This document shows, piece after piece, positions 1 to 12,190 of a DNA stretch of 64,000 nt. The stretch covers positions 58,962,001 through 59,026,000 of the forward strand of contig OX597821.1 of the NCBI GenBank assembly GCA_951406725.2, read 5' to 3'. Numbering within the stretch: the stretch's first letter is position 1; each line of letters opens with the position of its first letter. The DNA is from Octopus vulgaris. Taxonomy: Eukaryota. The position numbers were made by a program, and so were the translations under genes. Under the pieces are notes generated by a model that worked only from the letters and a program-made list of their open reading frames with translations, searched no databases and was not told where the DNA came from.

Positions 1-593
1 AGTAACCAGCTTCAAATGTGAAATTGTTTGAGATATATGTTGGACTTTTACACATAGATATAGATGTACTTGCTGTGTTGCAGTTTCCCTTGGAGCCATG
101 ATATAAAATACAAGGCTGGAAATGCTTAATCATAGAAGCATTAAAGAAAATTGCAGGGTATCATAAATTAAGCTGTATTGCTTATGGTAATTATTTCTAC
201 AGTGTGCACTGTGCTACTCTGCTGAACCTACTTGTTTGGCATAATATATAAGTGGAAAAGAAACAGACAAACTTTTTGTTAATTTGATCCAAGTTAATCC
301 TTCTGGATGTATATTATTAGATTTGAAAACAAATTACAGTCAGATTATATCATGATACTACAAGAACAGAGTTATTATGAAGCTTGGCTGTGTGATAAGA
401 AGTTTGCTTTCCAACCACATGATTTTTAAGTTCAGTCCTACTATGTGGCACCATGGGCAAGTGCCTTCTGCTATAGCTTCAGGTCAAGCAAAGCTTTGAA
501 AATTGTATCAAGATTTTCAATTAAGTACATTCTTTTCTCTGGTATTACTCAGTTAATGACAGTCTGCTGCTGTTAATGACTTAAAAAAGCTCT

Positions 594-819
594 TTAACCC
601 TCGTTACCAACCCGGCTGAAACTGGCTCTGGCTCTGAGTACAAATGTCTTGTTTTCATAAGTTTTCAACTAAAATCTTCCACCAAACATTAGTCACAATT
701 TATGTTCCTAACATTATCTGAATGATAACGAAGTTATTTTACTAAATTCTTTGTTATATTTAAAGTAATTGAAAGCAACACAGAGCATCTCAAAATAAAT
801 GCAGTAACGAAAGAGTAAA
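594..819. mobile_element. piggyBac-type MITE
   Basis: Left end TTAA-CCCTCGTTAC; right end GTAACGAAAGAG-TAAA. These are degenerate inverted termini with a TTAA-like target duplication; no ORF. Confidence 0.7.
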
Positions 820-859
820 TATCGTAATTATAAATTCACTGAATTTTGATCCTTTAGAT

Positions 860-1250
860 CAGTGGTTCTCAACCATGGGCTATATGACCTCTGGGGATCC
901 ATATAAGCATTTTGGGGTCCAAGCAAGCAAAATAGTAAATTGAGGATCTGTGGTCGTGTTTTAGGGGTTCATGAAAAAACTTTTGCTTTAGATGTATTTA
1001 TTGCAAGAAACAGCTAGGTTTCTTTCTTTCAGGATTTACCTGGTTCAACATGTTTCTGGCCACTGAAACATGTTCTCTCAGAGAGAGTTCTGCTGTAAAT
1101 CTAGACAAGTGAATGGGTGAAGAACAAAACAAGAATTTTAAAAGAAGTATCTAAAAACTGTTTTTTAAGCATTGAATGGCTATAGGGGTCCACTAGAATA
1201 AAACAGTAATCAAAGAGGTCTATAGGCAAAAGAATGGTTGAGAATCCCTG
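860..1250. mobile_element. hAT-family non-autonomous element (MITE)
   Basis: TIRs CAGTGGTTCTCAACC / GGTTGAGAATCCCTG; 8-bp TSD CTTTAGAT / CTTTAGGT (7/8 match); subterminal GGGGTCC motifs. Confidence 0.85.
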
Positions 1251-1484
1251 CTTTAGGTAAACTATTAAGTTTTTTTTTAACAAAGTTTAATATAACTTTT
1301 TAGCAATGAATCTAGTGGTATAAAGGTGTTTTCGTAGATCTCTTGGACAAAATTAGTGTTTTTTAATTCTTTAGTTTGACTATCACTTTGCTTATTGCCA
1401 TGGTGGAGCACTTTCAACTCCTAGCAAAACTAAACTTCTAGTCAAGTATCTACTTGTTCTCACTCATCATTAAATAATCTCCAG

Positions 1485-1924
1485 TTATTGTGAAGTTACA
1501 GAGAAAGAACTCACCCAATGCTTATACATATTTGTACATTCCCTCAGATTATTTTGGCTCTTGTGGAATTTACTTTCTATGCTTAGATAACTGAAGTTAT
1601 TGCATATCTCATTGGATAGTGGGAAAAACTGATCTAGCTTCTGAGCTAACTCTTTGACAATTAACAGAACACTCATCCTTAAGTGGTTCATTATCACATA
1701 CTCAACAAGCTTTCCAGAATGTCCTGAATATGTCAAATTGCAATGACTATCCTGAAACTTACAGAAATCATTTGGATATTTTCCCACATGTTGAACATGT
1801 TTGCCGTATGTTTAAACTGTTTTTCTATATCTTCAGTTGCACTACTTCTGTCATATGTTTTGTGTATTCTTTTGACACTGCCATGTGAGTGAGTGTATAT
1901 ATAGTTTAAAACTAGTATTTTCAA
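1485..1924 (-). mobile_element. Possible decayed Ty3/gypsy gag fragment (double zinc knuckle)
   Basis: Across a frameshift, 1800-1705 reads TCSTCGK-YPNDFCKFQDSHCNLTYSGHSGKLV. This resembles the CxxCGKxHxxxxCxFKDxxCxxCxxxGHxxxxC pattern. Confidence 0.4.
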
Positions 1925-2440
1925 ACAGTATCAATATTTATAAAGTATACAGTGAAACATAATAAATCTTCTCCTATGTATTATGGCCATCAGAAAATTC
2001 AACTTTAGGCAAGAATGCAAACATTTAAAACTTACTTTATCTTCAAAATGAGATAACTTGATATCTATTGCTGGGCACATTTATAACAATTCAAAATATT
2101 AATTTATTATGCTTTCCTAACTCTAGACCCAAGTGACATTTTTATAGAAATAAAATTAAAACTGTTATATGTGTGCATGTCTTTTTTTTTTTTTTTTTCA
2201 GTCACAATCATTTCAATGTTAAAATAAGAATACAACTTATTTAAACTTCAGCACAGGAAAATTTAAAACAATTGTAAAATAAAACGTTAACTATCAAAAT
2301 AGAAATGAACAATGTTAAAACAAACAATAAAGCTTGTATTCTAACTTTAACTGTTTTGAAAACAGTTTACTCGGCACAAAAGTTTAATTTTATAGAGAAT
2401 TTGTGAAACTTAGAAAATTAATAAGGGTGTAAGGCACAAA

Positions 2441-2473
<33 letters not shown>

Positions 2474-2476
<3 letters not shown>

Positions 2477-3713
2477 GGGTTGGACAAAATAATGGAAACA
2501 CCTTAAAATTTCAAACAAGTTAATGGGGTAGGACTGCCTTTGGCAGTAACTACAGCTTGAATTCTATGGGGTATGGACTCATACAAAGTTTGAATTGTTT
2601 CCAAAGGAATTTTTGTCCATTCTTCAGCTAAATCAGTCTCCAGTTCTTGTAGTGATGATGATGGAGGATATCAACTCCATACTTGTTTTTCTAAAATGCA
2701 CCATAAATGTTTGATAATATTGAGATCTGGGGACTGTGGAGGCCAGATAAGATGTTCAACTTCACTAGAATGTTCTTCGTACCATTCAGTAATAACTTTA
2801 GTTGTCTGATTTGGTACATTATCATCCTGAAAGATTGCATTTTCCTCCGGAAACAGTTCCGCAACCATAGGGTGAATTTGATAAGATAATATGCTTAAAT
2901 AGTCTTCACTATTAATTCTGCCATGAAGGGAGACCATTGGACTGGCGGATGTCTAAGATATAGCCACCAGATCATCACAGATCCTCCTATATGTTTAGCA
3001 GTTGGAAGATGGCAGTCTGGGTCAAATGCTTCTTTTGACTGTCTCTACACATATACTCAGTCAATAGCCAGAAATAAAGTAAAAGATGACTTGCCCAAGA
3101 AAATAACATTCTTCCACCGCTCTAGAGACCAATTCTGAAGGTTTTTACTCCTACTCTAAACACTTTGCAATGTTTGTTTTTGAAAGTAGTGGTTTTCTGA
3201 TTGCAGCTCTCCCATGAAATCCAGCTTTGTGCAGCTCCCAGCAAACAGTTTTTGTGGAAACTGGGTTCTCGAGGTGGTCATTAAGCTCTACAGTAATTTT
3301 GGATGATGTACTTTTGTGATCCTTTCTAACAATTCGCGTAAGAGTCCGACGGTCCCTATCCAAAAGTTTTGGTTTTCTTCCAGAGTTTTGTTTCGACAAG
3401 GAGGTTTTTCCCTCCTCTTTCTCAAAGGCTGTCATTACTTTCGAGACAGTACTTCTTGATACACCAAACATTTCAGCTGTTTTTGTTACGCTAGGGCCTG
3501 CCATATGAACACCAACAATTGAAAGTCCGATAGATCAGTCATTTTAATGAATTTTAATTACCTTTTTCTGATGATGTCTGAAAAGAAACAGCAATTTTAG
3601 CAAAACATATTAAGCAACAATAATAATAAATAAAAAAAACATCAAAATAACCAAGCTTTTGATGGTTTTATAGAGATTTCAAAATCATGATGCTATATGT
3701 GAGGTGTTTCCAT

Positions 3714-3716
<3 letters not shown>
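2474..3716 (-). mobile_element. Tc1-family DNA transposon, decayed
   Basis: TA-CAGGGGTTGGACAAAATAATGGAAACACCT TIR at 2474. Partial opposite TIR AGGTGTTTCCATTAT at 3702-3716, truncated by (TA)n. Transposase remnants inside. Confidence 0.92.
2520..3542 (-). pseudogene. Tc1-like transposase pseudogene (HTH + DDE)
   Basis: ORF pieces MAGPSVTKTAEMFGVSRSTVSKV...SGRKPKLLDRDRRTL...AAIRKPLLSK and IFQDDN...WPPQSPDLNIIKHLW; disrupted by stops and frameshifts. Confidence 0.9.
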
Positions 3717-3761
<45 letters not shown>

Positions 3762-3825
3762 TATATATACCTGAGTAAGCACATGATTATATATATATTA
3801 TATATATTATATATACATACACATA

Positions 3826-3871
<46 letters not shown>

Positions 3872-3955
3872 CAAGGTGAGAAAAAAATAGTACTCAAATA
3901 CTGGAGGTAGAATAATATGCTTTATTATTAAAGCTGCAGAAACATCACAAAAGAA

Positions 3956-3997
3956 AACTGCTACTCAGAGTTTCATGTTCCTGTTTGTCAGACAGTT
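3956..3997 (-). ncRNA. Minimal type I hammerhead ribozyme-like motif (core variant)
   Basis: Reverse strand AACTGT-CTGACAA-ACAGGAACAT-GAAAC-TCTGA-GTA-GCAGTT. Mirror copy of 4013-4054 with CpG-type substitutions. Confidence 0.6.
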
Positions 3998-4012
3998 ATG
4001 ATTCAGAATCAC

Positions 4013-4054
4013 AACTGTCCGATGAATGGGAGCATGAAACTCTGAGTAGCAGTT
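4013..4054 (+). ncRNA. Minimal type I hammerhead ribozyme-like motif (core variant)
   Basis: AACTGT-CCGATGA-ATGggagCAT-GAAAC-TCTGA-GTA-GCAGTT: stem I AACTGT/GCAGTT, stem II ATG/CAT, self-complementary stem III ACTC-T-GAGT. Core is CCGATGA instead of CTGAnGA. Confidence 0.65.
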
Positions 4055-4185
4055 TTCTTTTGTGATGTTTCTGCAGCTTTAATAATAAAGCATATTATTC
4101 TACCTCCAGTATTTGAGTACTATTTTTTTCCCACCTCGTTTCGCAATCATGCGCTCACTCAGGTATATCTATCTATCTATCTATC

Positions 4186-4219
<34 letters not shown>

Positions 4220-5342
4220 ATTGCTAAGGATAACAAATACTGAATTGAAGTATATTAAAAGTAATAAGGACAAATAATATTAATAATAACCATATTAAAT
4301 CTTTGTAAATAAATTGCCTTAACCACAGCAAAGAAAAAGGGTTACTTTTGTTCTGAGATGTTCATTTTATCTATTTCCATACTTTGTAACTATATTTAGA
4401 CAATATAATTGTTTTAACATATAAATTTACATGATTGCTACTGATTATAAAGTGATAGTCTTAAATCATTAACAATCTACATATTCTAGTGATGACATTC
4501 AGATCATATAGTTCGAATAGTTAAAAGTATGTTTGATATGAAAAGAAGCTTTACTGGATATATTCCTCACTCTGTTATATAAAGAAAAGCCTTATAAACA
4601 GATTACATCATCAAATCTTCAGAGACTGCATAACAAACATAGAAAAAAAAACCTTTAGATTTTAGAATGGACATCAGACAGTATTATGATACTATGTCTG
4701 TATATATCTTAACACTGTCTCATGTCCATTATAATTGTAAAGGCTCTTTTTACATTTGTTTGGCAATTTGTTTATGAGGTTTTTTGTTATATAATAGATA
4801 TTATTATAAACAAACTACATGTAAGAGGTGCTGAATAAATGTAAATATTTATCTCTGCTCTTGTATATTTCTACTTTGTGCTCATAATACTGGAATGAAA
4901 CTTACAGGAAGAAACAAGGAATGTTAACAGAGTCTGATAGGGTAGAAAATTGGTGTATTTCCATTCAGCAGTCATCATGAACTCCTGGCTGTCTACACTT
5001 AACATGGCACAGAATATAGCTGCTATGAATAATAGGAAATTGTATGTTAATACCTTTAGAGACCTAACATAATAGTGGCCTTTCAAGGCAGCCCACAATG
5101 GACCATATAGAAGCCTCTTGTTGGACTAGGGTAGGATCAGTGGTCAGTAATGAAATCCTGCCCAATGACTTCCCCTTCTCCAAACTCTGTGTAATTGTAG
5201 AATGAGTGCACCCTGTGCTCAATGGAGATACTCAAGAGCATAAACACTTGAGATAATCTGGTGAACAAAAATAATAAGATTTTGATAAGATGTCTGCATA
5301 AACACAATAGGGCTTTCGGAAAACTTTCATTAGCTTAGTTTT

Positions 5343-5496
<154 letters not shown>

Positions 5497-6045
5497 GGGT
5501 TGACTTTAAATCTTTTTATCTTAAACCCTAGTGTCTTGAATTTTTAACACTGATCCATTACATCCTGACTCCCTTGTATAAGCCGACTTATAAGTGGAGC
5601 ACTAAACCCCTATGCTCTTGGTTCTATCCTCCATATCATTTGCACCATATAGTATCTATCATCACCTTTTCATACATGAATATTTTCAATCCTACACATA
5701 AATGCTGCTCCTAACATACTGCAACTTGACATTTTATATTCTTTCTACTATATTTCTAATGCTTTTCTGGTATTTTTCTTGTACTTTCTTATATCTTATA
5801 ACATTTTTAATATTTCAGTATATTTTAATGTTTGTATCATATTGCTATATTTCAACATTGCTGTGTATTCTGGTATATATTATTTATATGTTGGATAATT
5901 TTATATCTACTTTGGGACACTTATGTTTATGCATGTATATATATATTTTCCACTTCTTAAGTCTAGATGCTTTTAAATCCCATGGTGTGACATCTGTGTA
6001 TGGTATAACTAACTAATTTACTAACTGGCTAACAGTTAAGCTATT

Positions 6046-6560
6046 CATCATCATCACCATCATCGTTTAACATCTACTTTCCATGCTGGCATGGGTTGGA
6101 CCGCTTGACATGGAGCTGGCAAAGACTCCAATTGTCTGTTGTGGCCATGGTTTCTATGGCTAGATGTCCTTCCTAACACCAATCGCTTAACAGAGTGTGC
6201 TAGGTGCTTTTTATGTGCTACCAGCACAGGTGCATTTATGCAGCATCAGCATGGGTGTGTTTACATAGTACCAGCACAGATGCATTAACGCAGCACCAGC
6301 AGGAGTGTTTTTTTAAGTGGCACCAGCACCCAAAAAGGACAAGCCTGTATGTGCGGAAGACAGCGATTTTACTTAGCTTGATGTATCTTATCAAGTACAA
6401 CAAATTACCACATCTCCTGGTCCCTAGTCATTTCCTCAGTGAAGCCAGCATCCAAAGATCTTTTCTCACCACTTCATCCCAGATTTTCCTGGGTGTATCC
6501 CTTCTACAAGGACTCTCCACAATTAGAGCTCAGCATTTCTTTACACAGCTGTCCTCATCA
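6046..6560 (-). mobile_element. 5'-truncated RTE-type LINE 3' end
   Basis: (GAT)n tail, conserved 3' box AACCCATGCCAGCATGGAAA, ~24-bp internal repeats and a decayed ORF end homologous to 62700-62850. Confidence 0.75.
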
Positions 6561-7285
6561 ATTTATTTAATTCGTATTCATGCTGCAATTTAGTTTTAAT
6601 TTCATTTTCATTTTTTGGGGTCACACATTCAAACAAACTTTCTGCAGATTTTTTACCCCCACATCCATTTCATATTGGGTTGACAGTCACTGGTAAATGT
6701 TTTAATATATGTCTAGACATTTTCTCATCACTACCTGCTACTATTTCCATGCTCCACCAAATAAATATCATCTACAAGTCTTTATCAATATTCTGACTGA
6801 AGGCAGCAAGCTGGCAGAACCATTAGCACTTAGCTGCAGTTTGTCTGTCTTTACACTCTCAGTTCAAATTCCGCCAAGGTCTACTTTGCCTTTCATCCAT
6901 TCAAGATGAGTACTGGGGTTGATGCAATCACCTTAGACCCTCTCCTGAACTTACTGGGCTTTTATCAAAATTTAAAACCAACATTGGTGTTAGGAAGGGC
7001 ATCCAGCTGTAGAAACATTGCTAGATCAGATTGGAGCCTGGTGCAGTTGCTAGCTTTCCAGTCATCAGTCAAACTGTCCAACCCATGCCAGCATGGAAAA
7101 CAGACATTAAACGATGATGATGATTGTGACTAACGCTTAAGTTTTATTACCAATGACTTCTCCCATCACCTACCACACACCTCTACACTCCCCATCACAT
7201 AGTTTCTACACTAGTTATTTGCTTCTTTCTATTCAAAACAGCCCTGTCCTTTGCCATCACCATCATTGTTATTACTCTAACTATT

Positions 7286-8100
7286 ATTGCTATTGTTTGT
7301 TCATTAATGGTCTTATTGCTAGATAAAATAAAATACCAGTCAAGAACTGGGGTTGATGTAATTAACTAACTCCCTCTACCTAAAATTGCTGGCCTTGTGT
7401 CAAAAATTTGAAACCATTATTAGTAATAGTATTAATATTATAGTTATTGTTGTTATTAGTATTGTTAAGGCAGCAAGCTGGCAAAATCGTTAAATTGATA
7501 AAAAACAAAACAATAATAAGAATATGACTCCCAACAATAATAATAGTACCAATAATAATAGTATCACCTTAAAAAAAACAAAGCAAAATCTTAGTGGTAC
7601 ATAAGGAATTGATAAGAGATTGAAAATAGACTGGTCAGTAGTAAATCACATATAAATAGAGAGGGGACACCCTCTCAATGATAAAAATAACAATACTAAT
7701 ATCAACCCTTTTTACTAAAGGCAGAAAACCTGAAATTTTGAGGCAAGGGATTAATTGATTATATCAACTCCAGTTCACAACTGGTACTTATTTCATTGAC
7801 CCTGAAAGTATGAAAGGCATAGTTGACCTCAGTGGAATTTGAACTCAGAACAAAGATGGATGAAATGCCACTAAGCATTTTGACCATGTGTGGTAACGAT
7901 TCTGCCAGCTTGCTGCCTTAACAATACTAATAACAACAATGATTATAATATTAATACTATTACTAATAATGGTTTCAAATTTTTGACACAAGGCCAGCAA
8001 TTTTAGGTAGAGGGAGTTAGTTAATTACATCAACCCCAGTTCTTGACTGGGATTTTATTTTATCTAGCAATAAGACCATTAATGAACAAACAATAGCAAT
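7286..8100. repeat. Local inverted duplication (arms 7286-7492 and 7894-8100)
   Basis: ~205-bp arms are near-perfect reverse complements that include both SINE pieces and unique flank; ~400-bp spacer. Confidence 0.9.
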
Positions 8101-8584
8101 CAAACTGCTGTAAGCCACAGATCAGATCTGTTGATGACTTTGAGACAGGACATGTATTTCTGTTACCCTCTTTCTAGTGAGACAACTACAGAAGTTTTTG
8201 AGCAAGATGCTTAGCTTAGCATTCATTCCAAACATGTAAACAATGCACAGAGTCAAAAGGCTGTAATCAGTAAATAAGATGGGACTCTACTACCATTCAG
8301 GAAGTGACCATGCTCCATGAATAGAAATGGAGTAACTAGGAATTCTATATGGTATATCTAGTGCAATCTGGTACACAAGAGACACAGTGAGATCACATGC
8401 AAGCTGACAAAGAAGAAGGACTTTATATCGGTAGCATAGTATTTAGCTGTAAGAGCACTCTTAAGACAATCTGTTTTGAATACTCAAAAGATGTAACTCA
8501 GAGACTGAGAATCCATTTAGTAACAAAAGAATACTCTCTCTCTCTCTCTCTCTCTTTTTCTCTCTATCCCCCCCTCTCTCTCTC

Positions 8585-9025
8585 TGAGTGAAGGCAAGTT
8601 GTATGAAGTGTGATTACTCAAGGTAATAAAACAGACATTGAATGTGAAGGGTGCGTGAAGATAGGAGAGAAATGAGATGGGCATGCTCCACTGGATGTTC
8701 ATGAACTGTGGTACACAAGTGAGTTAAAAGAGAAACTGGGTATAAGAAGGGAAAAGATGTAACATGCAAGAGAAAAGACTACATCAGTGCAAACATGTGA
8801 TACATACATGTGGAAGATAACAGTTGATTGAAGAATTGCTTGCTATACAATTCAAGTGGAAAGAATCTGCAGAAGAGGAAGACCAATGCAGGCAGAGGAA
8901 GAAATGATGATGGCTGATCTCAGAAGACAACAACAAAGGACCACAACAAGGAGAGAGGAACATTGTGCTAGAGAAAACCTGTTCAGCTCATACAAGAATG
9001 GAAAATGTAAAACGATGATGATGAA
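8585..9025 (+). mobile_element. Decayed RTE LINE C-terminal fragment
   Basis: Translates in pieces to ERNEMGMLHWM...LKEKLGIR...QEKRL...RRGRP, homologous to 39523-39822; ends in a (GAT)n tail. Confidence 0.65.
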
Positions 9026-9531
9026 CATGTATGTATGTATATATATATATATATAGGCTGTGTGGTTAAGTAGCTTGCTTACCAACCACATGGTTCCAGG
9101 TTCAGTCTTACTGCATGACACCTTGGGCAAGTGCCTTCTACTCTACCCTTGTGAGTGGATTTGGCAGACGGAAACTGAAAGAAGCCCATCATATATATGT
9201 GTGTGTGTTTGTCCCCACAACATCACTTGACAACCGATACTGGTGTATTTACTTCCTTGTAACTTAGCGGTTCGGCAAAAGTGACCGATAGAATAAATAC
9301 TCGGCTTACAAAGAATAAGTCCTAAGTAAAATAATATATCATCAATATCGTTTAACATCCGTTTTCCATGCTAGCATGGGTTGGACAGTTTGACTGGGCT
9401 CTGGAGAGCCAGGAGCTGCACCAGGCTCCAGTCTGATCTGGCAGTGTTTCTACAGCTGGATTCCCTTCTTAACGCTTTTTATGTGCCACCGGCATGGAAG
9501 CCAGTCAAGGCGATGCTGGTATCGGCCTCCA

Positions 9532-9571
<40 letters not shown>

Positions 9572-9572
9572 T

Positions 9573-9614
<42 letters not shown>

Positions 9615-10199
9615 TCATTTTTTATATATATATATATATAAAATATTCATTTTTTTCATAGGGTTGAGTTTGTTAAGGGGTTCTTGGTTTATGATTGTTT
9701 TTTTTTTTTGTATTATACCATACATCTTGTTTTTTTTTTTTGTATTATACCATACATTGTCCTTCATAGGGATTCTGATTCCGGCTAGGGGTGATACTTA
9801 TTTGAAGGTTTCTAGTTTATGGAGGCTTTGCTTTCTCTGTGTGTGTATGTGTGTTTGTGTGTGTGTGTGCGCGCGTGTATGTGTGTGTGTGTGCGTGTGT
9901 GTATGTATGTGTGTTTATTACTTTCTGTTTGACTGGGAATTGAATCTTTAGTGTAGTCTGATTCCCATTAAGGTATCATTCGTGTAGGTAGGTGGGAGGG
10001 GCAGAATTCTGTTGAAAGCAACACTTGAACTGTTCTCATTATTCTTGATAATTATTCCACTTGTGTTGCTGTTATATTCTCTGTTTTAGAAGAGTCACTA
10101 AGTCTAACCTCAGCTTACAGTTGGAAAAGTCTGTTTTTAGTGTGTTTTGTTATTATTTTTGCTTTTGTTTTTATGCCAGAAAAATTAATGCACCACTTT

Positions 10200-10257
10200 A
10201 TATATATATGTGTGTGTGTGTGTATGTATGTATATATATGCATAATATATATGTATA

Positions 10258-10298
<41 letters not shown>

Positions 10299-10495
10299 AT
10301 TTATGTATATATATAACTGTATATAAATATATATATATGTATGTATATTTATATATAACTGTATATACATATATGTATGTATATGTGTGTGTGTATATAT
10401 ATATATATATATGTATATGTAAATATATATATGTGTGTGTGTGTATATGTAAATATATGTATATATATATTCATATACATATATATGTATATGTA

Positions 10496-10531
<36 letters not shown>

Positions 10532-10729
10532 TGTATGTATATGTAAATATATGTATATATATATTCATATACATATATATGTATATACAATATATATATA
10601 TATATATATTCATATACATACACATATATACATATATATATTTATATGTGTGTGTTTGTGTGTGTATGTATGTGTGTGTATATATATATGTATGTATATG
10701 TAAATATATGTATATATATATTCATATAC

Positions 10730-10782
<53 letters not shown>

Positions 10783-10840
10783 TATACATACACATATATA
10801 CATATATATATTTATATGTGTGTGTTTGTGTGTGTATGTA

Positions 10841-10879
<39 letters not shown>

Positions 10880-10880
10880 T
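10200..10880. repeat. Compound (TA)/(TG) microsatellite with higher-order duplicated blocks
   Basis: Recurring blocks such as GTAAATATATGTATATATATATTCATATACATATATATG. Source of the Y/I-rich spurious ORFs. Confidence 0.95.
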
Positions 10881-12110
10881 TTATTTCCCTCCAATTTTAT
10901 TTTATTTGACATTCTGTGTTGTAACTAGTCAGAAAAAGAAATAAAATAAAAGAAGTAGAAAAGCAAAGAAAAGGAAAATAGATTTTCAGTTGTTGTTTTT
11001 AATGTGGTCAGAAGCAAGGAAGTATGCAAATATAATGAGCCAAAGTGCTCTCCGAAACAGCTCGAATATATTTTGTTTCAAATGTTGCTGATAGCGATCT
11101 ACTTTTCCTGGTGTGTATTTTTGTAGTAAGTAGACTATATGCATACATAGATTTCTTGTAGAATATGTGTTCATAGATGATGGTTTGTACTTAGAAAAAC
11201 TTTTCTGTATTTCATAGCAAATTCTAATGAGGTCACAGCTCTTGATATTCAGAGCATTAAATTACATTTTGCCTTTTTTTTCTCTCCCTTTCTTCCTTCC
11301 TTCTTTTTTTTTATTATTATTTTTGTTTGTTTCCACTTGAAATCCTGCTTAAGCTTTACTTTCCTTCATTTTTAAATATTTGTTTTTATTTGTTTAATTT
11401 CTTAATTTTTTTTTATATATAAAAAAATTCCTTAATACTGTTAATTTCTATCTTTGCAACTAATTTAATGAATTTCTGATTACACAGCAGCTTTGGTCAA
11501 TTTGTTGATACTTACCACGAGATCATTTTAAAGACATTATGTATGTATGTGTATATACATGCATATAATCATGTATATATACATGTATATATTTATATAT
11601 ACATGTATATATTTATATACATGTATATGTATATATTTCCAGGCATGGCTGTGTGGTTACAAAGCACACTTTGCAACCACATGGCTTTGGGTTCAGTCCC
11701 ATTGCGCAGCATCTCAGGGAAAGTGTCTTCTACCATTGTCCCAGGCCAATGCTTGCGAGTGAATTTAATAGAAGGAAACTGTGTAGAAACCTGTCAACTA
11801 TATATAACTATCCAAAATCGCAGGATCTGTGTAAATACACATTTCTTTGACTGTGTTCTGTATTCTTTGTGCCAAAATATAAAAGTTTTTTTAAACTTTC
11901 TGCATTGTTACAAGCTTTCCTTATCTCTCATTTCATTCATTTTTCTACTTATATACATATATATGTTAATATTTCACATAGGCATAGTGATACAAGTAAC
12001 CTGTATGAGAACTCAAAATACATATGCATCAAAGAAAAGCATTAGTCAAATAGAGTGTAATAAGAGATTATATAAATAACAGAACAAGAAATTATACAAG
12101 GAGCATCATT

Positions 12111-12190
12111 AGCTTACAAGTGTTTCTGCTATAAGATGCAATGCACTCATAGTTGAGTGCTTGTGTATCACATTAGAACTTCATCAGAGT
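12111..12190 (-). ncRNA. Hammerhead ribozyme-like motif with extended stem II
   Basis: Reverse strand ACT-CTGATGA-[~54 nt imperfect hairpin capped by GCACTCA-ACTA-TGAGTGC]-GAAAC-ACTT-GTA-AGCT. Catalytic boxes intact; stem I weak. Confidence 0.55.

Larger units (their letters stand above)
3760..4172. mobile_element. Palindromic non-autonomous element with two inverted hammerhead-like motifs (putative Penelope-like inverted terminal repeat)
   Basis: 3868-4004 is the reverse complement of 4006-4142 (axis 4005). Outer segments 3760-3789 and 4145-4172 also pair. Flanked by (TA)n/(TATC)n. Confidence 0.7.

Noticed and set aside
9481-10944. Many 100-156 aa Y/I/C/V-rich ORFs
   Set aside because: Translations of (TA)n/(TG)n microsatellites. 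The same applies to 27146-27675, 33417-33847, 46820-47276 and 63385-63741.
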